A DNA stretch of 64,000 nt from Macrostomum lignano (Eukaryota): assembly GCA_002269645.1 (NCBI GenBank), contig NIVC01001309.1:1-64000 (forward strand). Direction: 5' to 3'. Below, one piece after another: positions 25,261 through 40,084 of the stretch. The number at the start of each line of letters is the position of its first letter. Positions within the stretch are counted from its first letter, which is position 1. A program made the position numbers and the translations under genes. Under the pieces are notes generated by a model that searched no databases, was not told the origin of the DNA, and worked only from the letters and a program-made list of their open reading frames with translations.

Positions 25261-26442
25261 CAAAAAATAAGGTGATTATAAACTGAAACTAGCAAAATAG
25301 ATGGTGATTGTGAACCAAAAGATTGCCAAACTTTTTTGATAAGATTTGTTGTACTATAGTCATGCCATGATATTGACTAGAGGCCTATGGTATATAAGAA
25401 ATAGAGAACCTAGGCAAAAGATGTCAGTGAGGCCTATGTACAACTAGGGGGTTACCTGATAATATACAAAGAATGGTAGGCCTAGAGCCTATATAATAGG
25501 TAAATTGATAAAAAAATTCCATTAGGGCCTAGAGCCTTGGGCCTAGGGCCTATCTATATCAAATCCATAGATGTTCAAATGAGTATGTTCAAATGTTCAA
25601 ATACTATGATCTATGCATGGTCTATGCTAGGCCTACATAGGCCTAGGCCTATTTTTTGTAAAAAATGGGTAAATGCAGAGTCATATGGCATGGCACCTAT
25701 TCTACAATCAAGTAGGAGTAGAACATATAGGCCTAGATCTGATTAGATCATAGAAGACAGAAGCTATATGTCATGTCCAATGTCCCATAGGCCATAGGGT
25801 TTACAGTGCAGATGGTAATATGGTAACGCAGTAGCATAAGAATATAAGAAAATAAAGTGTTGTGTTGGCAGTTCTGGATAAGCAGTTAGCCAGTTAAGCA
25901 TAGCCTTAGATTGCTGTTTGCAATGCATTTTTAAAATTTACAAAAAAATTAGGCACAAACTTTCAATTAGGCCCATGCTTGTGTAGTTTGACAATAGTCT
26001 TTAAATAAATAAAGCTAAAGTAATTGCAATTGCTTTAGGTCTAGGCCTATAATTTTTGGAAGTTGAAGGCTTCGAGCAACGAAACGTAAACTTCATACAG
26101 TTATTATTCAGCGTTTTAAAGCGGCGCTTTTTTCTTCTGCAGTTAACCTATTTTAAAATTGAGTTCGCTTAAAAATAGAATTGTAACAATCTAATACACT
26201 GTTTTGATTGGCGCAAGAGTTTCGCTTGTAATAAAATAATCTGTTTTTATTTCAAATTTTTTAAAATTTAAAAACTTTGCTGACTTTTAATGACAATATC
26301 GTCTACCTTTTGTTATATCTCATTAACTTTAAACTTAGTACTCTTTTTAACTGACTTGTAAATTCATTTACATGTATACAGTAGAAGTATAATAACTGTG
26401 CGCTACAATTGCTCATTATATAGTGACAATGACAGTCACAAA

Positions 26443-26905
26443 GGCGTCGCCATGGATTTTATGGTGAGGGGGGACAAAGCCGAGAATTCTACATGTACAT
26501 GTAACATGACTAAAATTCATACATGTGTATTTCCGAATCGGTGTTGTCGTCATCGATCATTTTGGTGCCGCAGGCACTCATTTTAGCGCCGCACCCACTA
26601 TTTCAGCGCGGCACTCATTTTAGCGCCGCACCCACTATTTCAGCGCGGCACTCATTTTAGCGCCGCAGGCACGCGAATTTTAACGCCGCAGGCACTCATT
26701 TCGGTGCTGCAGGCACTCATTTTGGTGCTGCAGGCGCTATATATGTTTGCCGCTCTGAAGCAAAAGTATTGATTTCCATAATGATGGGTCAAGAAGGTGA
26801 GGTGGGGGGAGGGACAAATTAAAATAAAGCATTGGCATATTCCCCATATGTTTTTACTGGGGGGGGGGGACATGTCTCCCCTGCCCCCCCCGCGGTGGCG
26901 ACGCC
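26443..26905. mobile_element. MITE, copy 2 (GGCGTCGCCA TIR family)
   Basis: Perfect 10-bp TIR GGCGTCGCCA / TGGCGACGCC. Internal GCAGGCACTCATTTTAGCGCC tandems. Inverted homolog of 2822-3170. Confidence 0.82.
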
Positions 26906-28229
26906 CGGCCCCTGCATGGACAGCCATCAAAGTCAGCAGATGCATGTGTAAATCCAGTGCAATAATTAACTCTCGTGGAAGCAGCAGTGCCAGCATATGA
27001 TGATTTTATTTTTCTGCTCTATACTACTGCAGGTATTCCCGGCACAAATCAAGGAGTACTCAAGGCCTACTCAATATTTCGGTAAAACCAGGACCTCCAG
27101 CAAAATTTTCAGGATTTTCAGGATTTTCAAGTTATAGTTTTCTACAGCATGCAATGCAATCATGATGATGGTAGTAATTTGGTAAATACCTGTACTTCAA
27201 AAGTAAAAATGAGCTGTTCATAAAAAGTGTTTTTATACAGTATAGCGAATAATAAATAATTAAGCTTACATTACTTCACGAGCTGAGGTAAAATCACACA
27301 AAACTTACTTGAAATTCTGTACGTGACGTCTGCGTAGATTTATAAGTTTCAAAATGTTGCTTAAGTCAGGTATATACAGCGTAATTAACCACTGCAGTTA
27401 CACTTGCAGCAGGCAGCAGTAGATCTACTGTAAAGCCGAAGTTTATTTTTATAAAAAGTCGTCCTTTTTATATTTAGACTTTATACATCTGTAGCAGTTT
27501 TTTGTAAGCCCTTGCGCCGTACCCATAGAGTGTTGCCCAGCAGGTGCATCACAGCTCTCAGAACACTGCCCTATATTCATATATGACGAGTGTAACTCTT
27601 ACTTGTACAGTATAGAAAGACTGCCGCAGACACTGTACTGGGACAAGTAAAATACTGTTATATAGGCTCTTTCGGTTTACAACATCGTCCATATATGCAG
27701 TGGATGTACTACGATGTACATGTACAGTTGTACAACTCAACTGTCACGATAAAAATATGTACCCAATGATGATGCATGGAGACTGGCCGAGATGCAGAGA
27801 ATTACATTTGAGAAGAATGAGGCAACACAGTACGTAATACAATTGGTGGAGCAATGTCTATTCAGAAGGAACCAAAAACTTCTAGCTCAGAAAGCAGTCT
27901 GGTGGATGGGTGGTATATACATAGCACAGACGTTTCGTACTGCAAATATCTGACGAAATGGGTGGCGGGTTAATATTAAAAATTAAGTTAGCTAGATGCT
28001 ATGCTTTACACTATACTCAGAAATACGCCCACACACTCCCGCTTTACAAATTGGCATGCCGCAACTCATATATGCCTCGGTTGAACAATGAGGGTATATA
28101 TGCACAGCACAGTGTTAATAAAAAGACACCATATAAGTATAAAGGCCCTGCATCATTTTTTAACTCATTCACAAGTTAAAAAGAGGCGCCAATAAAAATT
28201 TGAGAGGTGCCAGGCACTGCCAGTAGTCT

Positions 28230-29515
28230 AGACCTGAGAGAGGCGCCAATATAGACCTGAGAGAGGCGCCAATATAGACCTGAGAGAGGCGCTAATATAG
28301 ACCTGAGAGAGGCGCTCATATATAGACCTGAGAGAGGTGCCAATCTAGACCTGAGAGAGGCGCCAATCTAAATGTGAGAGAGGCGCCAATATAGATAAGA
28401 GAGAGGCGCCAATCTAGATCTGAGAGAGGCGCCAATCTAGACCTGAGAGAGGCGCCAATCTAAATGTGAGAGAGGCGCCAATATAGATAAGAGAGAGGCG
28501 CCAATCTAGATCTGAGAGAGGCGCCAATCTAAATGTGAGAGAGGCGCCAATATAGATAAGAGAGAGGCGCCAGTCTAGATCTGAGAGAGTCGCCAATATA
28601 TCTAGGTCTGAGAGAGGCACCAATATATCTAGGTCTGAGAGAGGCGCCAGTCTAGATCTGAGGGGGCGCCAATCTAGATCTGAGAGAGGCGCCAATCTAG
28701 ATGTGAGAGAGGTGCCAATATATCTAGATCTGAGAGAGGCGCCAATATATCTAGGTCTGACAGAGGCGCCAATATATCTAGGTCTGACAGAGGCGCCAAT
28801 ATATCTAGGTCTGAGAGAGGCACCAATATATCTAGATCTGAGAGAGGCGCCAATCTAGACCTGAGAGAGGTGCCAATCTAGACCTGAGAGAGGCGCCAAT
28901 CTAAATGTGAGAGAGGCGCCAATATAGATAAGAGAGAGGCCCAGTCTAGATCTGAGAGAGGCGCCAATATATCTAGGTCTGAGAGAGGCACCAATATATC
29001 TAGACTGAGAGAGTCGCCAATATATCTAGGTCTGAGAGAGGCACCAGTCTAGATCTGAGGGGGCGCCAATCTAGATCTGAGAGAGGCGCCAGTCTAGATC
29101 TGAGAGAGGCGCGAGTCTAGATCTGAGAGAGGCGCGAGTCTAGATCTGAGAGAGGCGCGAGTCTACATCTGAGAGAGGCGCCAATCTAGATCTGAGAGAG
29201 GCGCCAGTCTAGATCTGAGAGAGGCGCCAATCTAGATGTGAGAGAGGTGCCAATATATCTAGATCTGAGACAGGTGCCAGTCTAGATCTGAGAGAGGCGC
29301 CAATCTAGATCTGAGAGAGGCGCCAATCTAGATGTGAGAGAGGTGCCAATATATCTAGATCTGAGACAGGCGCCAGTCTAGATCTGAGAGAGGCGCCAAT
29401 CTAGATCTGAGAGAGGCGCCAGTCTAGATCTGAGAGAGGCGCCAATCTAGATGTGAGAGAGGCGCCAGTCTAGATCTGAGAGAGGCGCCAATCTAGATCT
29501 GAGAGGCGCCAGTCC
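28230..29515. repeat. 23-bp minisatellite (TCTAGATCTGAGAGAGGCGCCAA), array A
   Basis: About 55 units, some with a 2-bp AT insertion. Confidence 0.96.
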
Positions 29516-29993
29516 AGCTGAAAATCGCATTTTGCAAAGCAGCAGTTAACATACTGCTGAATACCCAATCTGCAGTACTCGTGCATATACATACTTATAA
29601 AGTTCCATGCACATTGTGCAGATATGATCTACACTGTATTAATAGTAACAAATTTACAAGAAATCATTCATGCAGTACATTCGCCAATTTTCAGATCTGC
29701 ATTCTCTTCGATATTTTTGAATAGACAGTAAAGAAATACGGCTGACAGCACAGCATGCACCGAGAAGAGAACTTCCTCTCTTGAGCTTCCAAAAATGTGT
29801 GAGTGCAGGGTAAACTGCACATGTTTGTAACAATGAGAGAGACCATAACACCACAATGATCAAGCTACGTACTTATTTTAGACTATTTAAATCCAATACT
29901 ATTTGATTATTAGGTGACTCCAGAAATTCTTTCAAGTCAGCTACAGATCTTATAAATTGAAAAAAAATCATTGTTAAGCATTGTTTATCTTCA

Positions 29994-31597
29994 ATGCACG
30001 AACGCGTAGAAATGTCCGACATGAATTTTGACACCGAGGCCGTGAGATTAGGATTAGAATTAGTGCCGGAAAAGTCCCGTGTGAATAGCACTTTCAAGTT
30101 TGCAACGATTCTATGTTCAGTTCTGATTTCATCAATAATGCTACTGATGACTGTGCTATTTTGCAGTTCACTGGTGCAACGTCATTCTAAGGTTAGTTAT
30201 GCGGTCAATATTGACATTAACTGTGCAAATTTCCATATACGCGGGTACATCGACGAAATTTAAAATTATTTTGCATTTCCAGGAAATGCTAACCGTAACG
30301 GTTGCGAGGAGAAACACGAGCGGCATGACGTTTGGTGCGTTTATTCTGACTTGTTAAAAGCGCTTAAAAACGCCCCTAAAACGCCGCCAAAACTCACTAA
30401 ACTCTACCAAACCTCTACCAAACCTCTACCAAACCTCTACTAAACCTCTACCAAACCTCTACTAAACCTCTACCAAACCTCTACCAAACCTCTACCAAAC
30501 CTCTACCAAACCTCTACCAAACCTCTACCAAACCTCTACCAAACCTCTACCAAAACTCTACCAAACCTCTACCAAACCTCTACGAAACCTCTACCAAACC
30601 TCTACCAAAACTCTACCAAAACTCTACCAAAACTCTACCAAACCTCTACCAAACCTCTAACAAAACTCTACCAAAACTCATTGAAAGCGACCCAGCGCCC
30701 CCGCAACTCCACCGAAACGTATCAAAAAGGCTTCTTATTAGAAGTCTTTATTTTTTAATTCAACGTGATCCACAGATTCTCAGCTTCTCGCACCATTGAA
30801 AGTTTTCACACACGAATCGAACTCGAATGGGGCTGCTCGAAACTGCTTGAAGCTGACTGACAAGCAGCTGGGCGTTGAAATTCGTTGCTATGGCCTTTAT
30901 ATAGTTAGCGCACAGGTAAGTCACGGGTCTCTGGAAAAAAGTAATGAAATAAAAAAGGATGCAATGACGTTGGAATGGACACAGCGGAATCAGAATGGAC
31001 ACAATGAGAAAAGAATCGACACAGGGACTACTAGGTGTTTGAGTAGTCCCTGAATCGACACAATAAAGTCAGAATGGACACAAAGAAGTAAGAATGGACA
31101 TAATGACGTCGGAATGGACACAATAAGGTCATAATGGACACAGCGGAACCAGAATGTACACAATGAGAACAGAATCGACACAATAAAGTCAGAATGGACA
31201 CAATGAGGTCAGAATGGACACAATAAAGTCAGAATAGACACAATGAAGTCAGAATGGACAGAACGGGGTCAGAATGGATACAATGAGGTCAGAGTGGGCA
31301 CAATGGGCTTAAAGTGATTCTGTAGAACCTGTCACTAAACAGGTAAGCTACACGAGCTGTCAATCAGCATCCTACCTGAAGACAGCAGTGAGCATTAACA
31401 GCAAGGACCTGGCTACCTGCTACTCGACCAGCCTGGCCGCACACGCCACGCCAGTTCAAGCTTGCCAGCTGACCACGGCACGCCGGATGAAGAACGGAGA
31501 TCGGTTACAGTTGAAGCATTTCCACTGGCTGGCAGTGGCGACTGAAGCGCAGATGACTTTCATGACTGTCACCATGATGGGAGCCGAAGTCAGCTGA
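29994..31597 (+). CDS. TNF-superfamily ligand (type II membrane, EDA/Eiger-like), 214 aa; exons 29994-30191, 30283-30334, 30776-30915, 31343-31597
   Basis: Donors gttagt, gtgcgt and gtaagt; acceptors ttccag, ccacag and aaacag; phases 0,1,0 give 645 nt with no internal stop. N-terminal tail, then TM segment FATILCSVLISSIMLLMTVLFCSSLV, then a TNF homology domain: LKLTDKQLGVEIRCYGLYIVSAQ|VSY (consensus L.V...GLY.vysQV.F), VSINSKDLATC...QAC (E-F Cys pair), and RMKNGDRLQL...MTFMTV (consensus L..GD.l.v...TFFG). Confidence 0.85.
30400..30680. repeat. 11-bp repeat (AAACCTCTACC), intron 2 of the TNF-like gene
   Basis: About 25 copies. Confidence 0.96.
30965..31305. repeat. ~20-bp degenerate repeat (CACAATGAGGTCAGAATGGA), intron 3 of the TNF-like gene
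   Basis: Recurrent CACAAT / GAATGGA motifs. Confidence 0.85.
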
Positions 31598-31699
31598 AGT
31601 GCACGAGGTGCCTTTGCTGAAGTTGAAAATGCTTTGATCTCTAACGCTCGTAGATGGGCCATATAAAACATTTTTAATATTAACTGGGTTTCTTAGTAT

Positions 31700-32705
31700 A
31701 GAGACAACTGCCATAGAGAGACAACTGCCATAGAGAGACAACTGCCATAGTGAACTGCCACCATAGAGAGACAACTGACATAGAGAGAGAACTGCCATAG
31801 AGAGACAACTGACATAGAGAGAGAACTGCCATAGAGAGAGAACTACCATAGTGAACTGCCACCCTAGAGAGACAACTGCCATAGAGAGACAACTGCCATA
31901 GAGAGACAACTGACATAGAGAGAGAACTGACATAGAGAGAGAACTGCCATAGTGAACTGCCACCATAGAGAGACAACTGCCATAGAGAGACAACTGTCAT
32001 AGAGAGACAACTGCCATAGAGAGACAACTGCCATAGAGAATTGCCATAGAGAGACAACTGCCATAGAGAATTGCCATAGAGATACAACTGCCATAAAGAG
32101 AACTGCCATAGAGAGAACTGCCATAGAGAGAACTGCCATAAAGAGAACTGCCATAGAGAGACAACTGCCATAGAGAATTGCCATAGAGAGACAACTGCCA
32201 TAAAGAGAACTGCCATAGAGAGAACTGCCATAGAGAGAACTGCCATAGAGAGAACTGCCATAGAGAGAACTGCCATAAAGAGAACTGCCATAGAGAGACA
32301 ACTGCCATAGAGAGAACTGCCATAGAGAAATAACTGCCATAGAGAGACAACTGCCATAGAGAGACAACTGCCATAGAGAGACAATTGCCATAGAGAGACA
32401 ACTGCCATAGAGAGAACTGCCATAGAGAGAACTGCCATAGAGAACTGCCATATAGAGAGAACTGCCATAGAGAACTGCCATATAGAGAGAACTGCCATAG
32501 AGAACTGCCATAGAGAGAACTGCCATAGAGAACTGCCATATAGAGAGAACTGCCATAGAGAACTGCCATAGAGAGAACTGCCATAGGGAGAACTCCCATA
32601 GAGAACTGCCATATAGAGAGAACTGCCATAGAGAACCGCCATAGAGAGACAACTGCCATGGAGAGACAACTGCAATAAAGAGACAACTGCCATAGAGAAC
32701 TGCCA
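31700..32705. repeat. 13-18-bp repeat (GAGAGA[C]AACTGCCATA)
   Basis: Variable-length units immediately 3' of the TNF-like gene. Confidence 0.96.
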
Positions 32706-33221
32706 TAGAGTACTGCTATTGGAAGAGCTCCCATAGCATACAATAGGCTACTATTCCTCGAGAGTTAACTGAAAGCAGAAAGAAACGTCTACACTAAGAA
32801 AATATGCTTATAAATGGCAAATTAAGTTTTATTTTATTTGAGCTTTTTAAAGTAAAAATTTGTTTAAAAATAAAAATTTAAGGTTTTTATATTCTTTTAA
32901 TTTTTCCCTTGACAATTTTTAACTTAAACGGTCAATGGCGCAGTGAAAAATTTGTACAATTTTTTCATACCTTTTCCTAATATACTACTTTCCTAATTTC
33001 ATTCAAAAGCTGGGAACATTGTTTATGCACTCTTAGTGTTTCCGTTTTTGGAATAATTTTCTCCAAAAAAAACTCAAAAACCATTTCGATGCTACTTTGT
33101 TTTAGACAGCAAAGTATACCTTAACAGTTCGCAGTGTTCCAATGTTCGTCGATATGAAGCCGTTCAAGAATTCAAATAGATTTCTTTCAAAACTTATCTC
33201 TGGGGGCATCGGCTGCGCTAA

Positions 33222-33862
33222 TCTAGACCTGGAAAAGGCGCCAATCTGAATGCGAGAGAGGCGCCGATCTAGATCTGGAAAATGCGCCAATCTGAATGCG
33301 AGAGAGGCGCCGATCTAGACCTGGAAAAGGCGCCAATCTGAATGCGAGAGAGGCGCCGATCTAGACCTGGAAAAGGCGCCAATCTGAATGCGAGAGAGGC
33401 GCCGATCTAGACCTACAAAAGGCACCAATCTGTATGCGAGAGAGGCGCCGATCTAGACCTGGAAAAGGCGCCAATCTGAATGCGAGAGAGGCGCCGATCT
33501 AGACCTGGAAAAGGCGCCAATCTGAATGCGAGAGAGGCGCCGATCTAGACCTGGAAAAGGCGCCAATATAGACCTGAGAGAAGCGCCAATCTAGACCTGA
33601 GAGAGGCGCCAATCTAGATCTGAGAGAGGCCCCAATCTAGACCTGAGAGAGGCGCCAATCTAGATATGAGACAGGCGCCAATCTAGATGTGAGAGAGGCG
33701 CCAATCTAGACCTGAGAGAAGCGCAAATCTAGACCTGAGAGAGGCGCTAATCTAGACCTGAGAGAGGCGCCAATCTAGACCTGAGAGAGGCGCCAATCTA
33801 GACCTGAGAGAGGCTCTAATCTAGACCTGAGAGAGGCGCTAATCGAGATGTGAAAGAGGCGC
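33222..33862. repeat. 23-bp minisatellite family, array B (46-bp dimer at the left end)
   Basis: TCTAGACCTGGAAAAGGCGCCAA alternates with TCTGAATGCGAGAGAGGCGCCGA, then monomers match array A. Same orientation as array A. Confidence 0.95.
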
Positions 33863-34282
33863 CCATGTTTTTACTAACCCCAAAATTATTGGAAAATAAA
33901 AAACGCGCATTGCTACTAAAAGGAGGTAATAACAACATGCATGCAGGACTGCTTTCCAAACTGTGCACAGCCAAAAAGTGCATAGGCACTAGAATTACTG
34001 GCCGGTGAAAAACAGTTCAGTTAAGTATATGAAGGAAACCCAGCACCGGCAGGCCAAAAACTTTAGTCAAATATTGCCGCTGAGTCCTTTGGAGGGAGAC
34101 GAGAGCTTTGGAAGTATGGCTGGCGGTCAATACCGACTCATGCCATGCACCACCTTAATATAGCTTTTTGCCAAGTGCATCATCATAGCCTGTTTTATAG
34201 TACAGGGTCTCCCATGCAGGCAAGGTGTGAGGATGCTGTGGAGCTCAATTGTTTGGAAATTGTGCAGGGCTATGGCCTAAAG

Positions 34283-35319
34283 CATGGGTCGGCTAACTCT
34301 GGCCCGTGGGCCAAATGCCGCAAAGACTCTCAATCCGGCCCTAGGGTTTTTTATTCTATAGTCTTTATCTAGTCTCTAGTCTCTAGTGCTCTTATCTATA
34401 GTCTTTTCTCTTGGCTTCTCTCTCCTCTCCTCTCCTCTTTTCGATCTCCTCTCCTCTCTTCTCTCTCCTTTCCTCTCTCCTCTCCCCTCCTCTCTAATCT
34501 CTTCTCTCTCCTCTCCTCTCCCCTCTTTTCTTATCTCTTCTCTCTACTCTACTCTCCTCTCTTCTCTCTACTCTCCTCTTTTCAATCTCCTCTCCTCTCT
34601 TCTCTCTCCTCTCCTCTTTTCAATCTCCTCTCCTCTTTTCAATCTCCTCTCCTCTCTTCTCTCTACTCTCCTCTCCTCTTTTCAATCTCCTCTCCTCTCT
34701 TCTCTCTCCTCTCCTCTTTTCAATCTCCTCTCCTCTTTTCAATCTCCTCTCCTCTCTTCTCTCTACTCTCCTCTCCTCTTTTCAATCTCCTCTCCTCTCT
34801 CCTCCTCTCTTATCTCTTCGCTCTCCTCCCCTCCCTTAACCTCTCCTTTCTTCTCCCCTCTCCTCTTTTCTCTTTCCTTTCTTCCCATTTCCTCCTCTCC
34901 TCTCGCCCTCTCCTCTCCCCTCCTCTCTTTTCCTCTCCTCTTCTTTCCTCTCTTCTCCTCTCCCCTCCTCTGTCATCTCTTCTCTCTCCTCACCCCACCT
35001 CACCTCACCTCTCTTCTCCTCTCTTCTCTCCTCTCTCCTCTCTTCTCTCCTCTCTCCTCTCTTATCTCCTCTCTCTTCTTATCTCTCTCTCCTCTCCTCT
35101 CTCCTCTCCCCTCTCATCTCTTCTCCTCTCTTCTCCTCTCCCATTCATCACTCCTATCCTCTCGTCTCTTTTCGTCTTCTTTATTCTCTTGCCTTCTCTC
35201 TCCTTCCTCCTGTCTCCGTTCTCTCTTTTCTATTGCCTCATCTCTCTCCCCTCCTCTTGCCCGCAGTCATGCTGCAGCTGCTCTATCCGTCCCGTAAAAT
35301 TAAAGTTTGCGAACCCCTG
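34283..35319. mobile_element. hAT/Charlie-like non-autonomous element whose interior is mostly a CT-rich simple repeat
   Basis: Ends CATGGGTCGGCTAAC...GGCCCGTGGGCCAAATG and GTTTGCGAACCCCTG. Perfect 8-bp TSD GCCTAAAG at 34275-34282 and 35320-35327. Pyrimidine tract at ~34400-35260. Confidence 0.85.
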
Positions 35320-35489
35320 GCCTAAAGTACGAGAGTAATAATACAGTTTCCTCCAGCAGGAGGTTCAGGCTGTTGGAGAGCGGGCTATCCGCCAAATGCT
35401 CAAGTTTTGGAAATTTGATACGCCTAGCGTTAAAAATTGTGATTAAAGCACAATAGAAATGCGGGACCGACAAAAGATTAGTGTTTTGA

Positions 35490-36440
<951 letters not shown>

Positions 36441-37139
36441 AGTGGACATTGAGGAGCCAAGGATGAAGAAAACGGTGATCAAGCTAACAGAGATTAAAGC
36501 TGGAAGAGAGACATGAGAAGAAAACAAATCTGATACATTTACCAAAAAAATGAGAAAATTGAGACAATTGGGATAGGCTATTCCCGGGAGTAAAAAGACG
36601 ATAAAACTACACTCGGAGAAAGTTGAAAATGAAGCGTTGACGAATATTGGGGAAAAATTCTGCGATTGAGTGAGGCAGATGGAAATATAAGCCAGGCCCA
36701 CGCAGCGCAGATATTGAGCTTTCAAAACAATTATCTGGCCCGCACTGGGTTTGCTTCTTAGAAAATTTCAGGCAAAATTCATTGACATTTCTTTGTACAG
36801 CAAATTGCTACAGGGCTAACAGAGTCACGTCATTTCCCTTGTGCTGATGATTAAAGATCCCAAATTCACAATTTCTAATAAATACAGTTTTGAATAGGAC
36901 ACATGCAGCTTTCAGTGGGGATTAAGGATCGATTAGTGAGATTGAAAGCAAGAGGCATGCGAGCTGCTTTCAGAAATATTTTGTTAAGCCGCTGTTAAAT
37001 CCCAGCTGCAGTCCCATATCCTCACTTCCATTTATGCGCCGCGTTCCCATCTCTGGGAATCTAATTTTATTTTTATGATTTCTTTTGAGCCCAAATTCTT
37101 CACTTTTTGGATCGGAAATGCGCAAATGTTTAATTCCAC

Positions 37140-38028
<889 letters not shown>

Positions 38029-38329
38029 CTCTAGAGCTGCCCTGTATGCCAACAGAAAAACGGGAGACCCATCCTTCTTTTATCTGTCCTTTCGTCCTTC
38101 CTGCATCTAGTGAGCACTACAGCTTCCTTTTCCGCCAGTAATTTTCTCAAAACCAAAAGCAAAGGCCGGCAACTCCAATGTCTACACTGGGCAGCACAAT
38201 TGCCCCTCACTGTCGTGCCAAAATGTTTTTACAACCTATAATTAGTTTCTTTAGTGTCACGTATTTTGTCTGCTGCTCATGCACGTAATAAAAGGTCTAA
38301 ATCAACGAAATATATATATAGTTACTTTT

Positions 38330-39241
38330 CTCTTAACTGCCAGAATGTCACTCTTCCAGCTGAGTGTCTATCTCAATGTCACACTCTAAACTGTCAGAAT
38401 GTCACTCTTCCAGCTGAGTGTCTATCTCAATGTCACACTCTAAACTGTCAGAATGTCACTCTTCCAGCTGAGTGTCTATCTCAATGTCACACTCTAAACT
38501 GCCAGAATGTCACTTTTCCAGCTGAGTGTCTATCTCAATTTCACACTCTAAACTGCCAGAATGTCACTCCTCCAGCTGAGTGTCTATCTCAATGTCACAC
38601 TCTAAACTGCCAGAATGTCACTTTTCCAGCTGAGTGTCTATCTCAATGTCACACTCTAAACTGTCAGAATGTCACTCTTCCAGCTGACTGTCTATCTCAA
38701 TGTCACACTCTAAACTGCCAGAATGTCACTCCTCCAGCTGACTGTCTATCTCAATGTCACACTCTAAACTGCCAGAATTTCACTTTTCCAGCTGAGTGTC
38801 TATCTCAATGTCACACTCTAAACTGCCAGAATGTCACTCCTCCAGCTGACTGTCTATCTCAATGTCACACTCTAAACTGCCAGAATTTCACTTTTTCAGC
38901 TGACTGTCTATCTCAATGTCACACTCTAAACTGCCAGAATTTCACTTTTCCAGCTGAGTGTCTATCTCAATGTCACACTCTAAACTGCCAGAATTTCACT
39001 TTTCCAGCTGAGTGTCTATCTCAATGTCACACTCTAAACTGCCAGAATGTCACTTTTCCAGCTGAGTGTCTATCTCAATGTCACACTCTAAACTGCCAGA
39101 ATGTCACTCTTCCAGCTGAGTGTCTATCTCAATGTCACACTCTAAACTGCCAGAATTTCACTTTTCCAGCTGAGTGTCTATCTCAATTTCACACTCTAAA
39201 CTGCCAGAATTTCACTTTTCCAGCTGAGTGTCTATCTCAAT
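38330..39241. repeat. 54-bp minisatellite, ~17 copies
   Basis: Unit ACTCTAAACTGCCAGAATGTCACTCTTCCAGCTGAGTGTCTATCTCAATGTCAC. Confidence 0.96.
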
Positions 39242-40084
39242 ATAAAAATCTTCCCAATCGATACAGAAGATTTGAAAGTCTACAGAATCTATCTTAGTCA
39301 CCCAGACATAGAAACAATTCCTCGAAATATTCCTGCTCTGCTCGATGAAGACTTGCTTATTTTTCCCTCCTAAGCCCGGCTATCAATTTATCGAACCACA
39401 GCCTCGGAATTAGAAGTTGAGATGCACAAGGAAAATATCTTCTTTCGTGTCGCTGTCTTAGACTGCGTTGAGAGAGGACTTCGGCGGGAGGCTGGAAAAT
39501 TGATGAAGGTCGATATATACATGCAGAGCTTGGCCAGCTCCCTCTATCACTCTCTCACCATGGTCTCCAAGTCCCTCCCGACTGCTACAGCTCTTTGGGA
39601 ATTAAGTGCATTTTCGGGTCTGGGTTGGCCATACATTTACTCAATGCCTGAGCATTGCATGCTCAGATCTGTATGCATAGGGCTGAATGGCGAGTCCATC
39701 CTGTGTTGAGCCCTTTGTGTTTGTCGAGCATGACTTTAGGTTTGGGATCTGAGCGAGCGGGATTGGCCCCATTTTGCATGAGGCCCGCTCCTCAAGGAGA
39801 CCAGTCACTTTTTGTTGGAGAGAATCCACTTAATTAGCTAAATTTTACCTAAAGCACGAATGCTATTTCTAATTCATAGAAGAGACTTCTGGATTTAAAC
39901 TGACTTTTTTACTATTTTTTCAGGAAAAAGTGTATGTAGAATTTAATCAAAAATTTTAGTGAAACCTCAGTCAACTTTGTCGTATTTTTTTTATCTAATA
40001 ACACTATGAGAGCCTCCGAGCTGACAACTTTAAGGTAAGGTTCAACAACTAAGACTCTAGCAACGGTCAGATATTTTTTCTTAA

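Noticed and set aside
38254-39297. 347-aa Cys/His-rich repeat ORF resembling a metal-binding protein
   Set aside because: It is a 54-bp minisatellite with a non-ATG start, no splice context, and variants that do not look constrained at the protein level.
39422-39709. 95-aa ORF containing KVDIYMQSL, faintly like a Cys-loop channel beta strand
   Set aside because: There are no other family motifs and no joinable exons.
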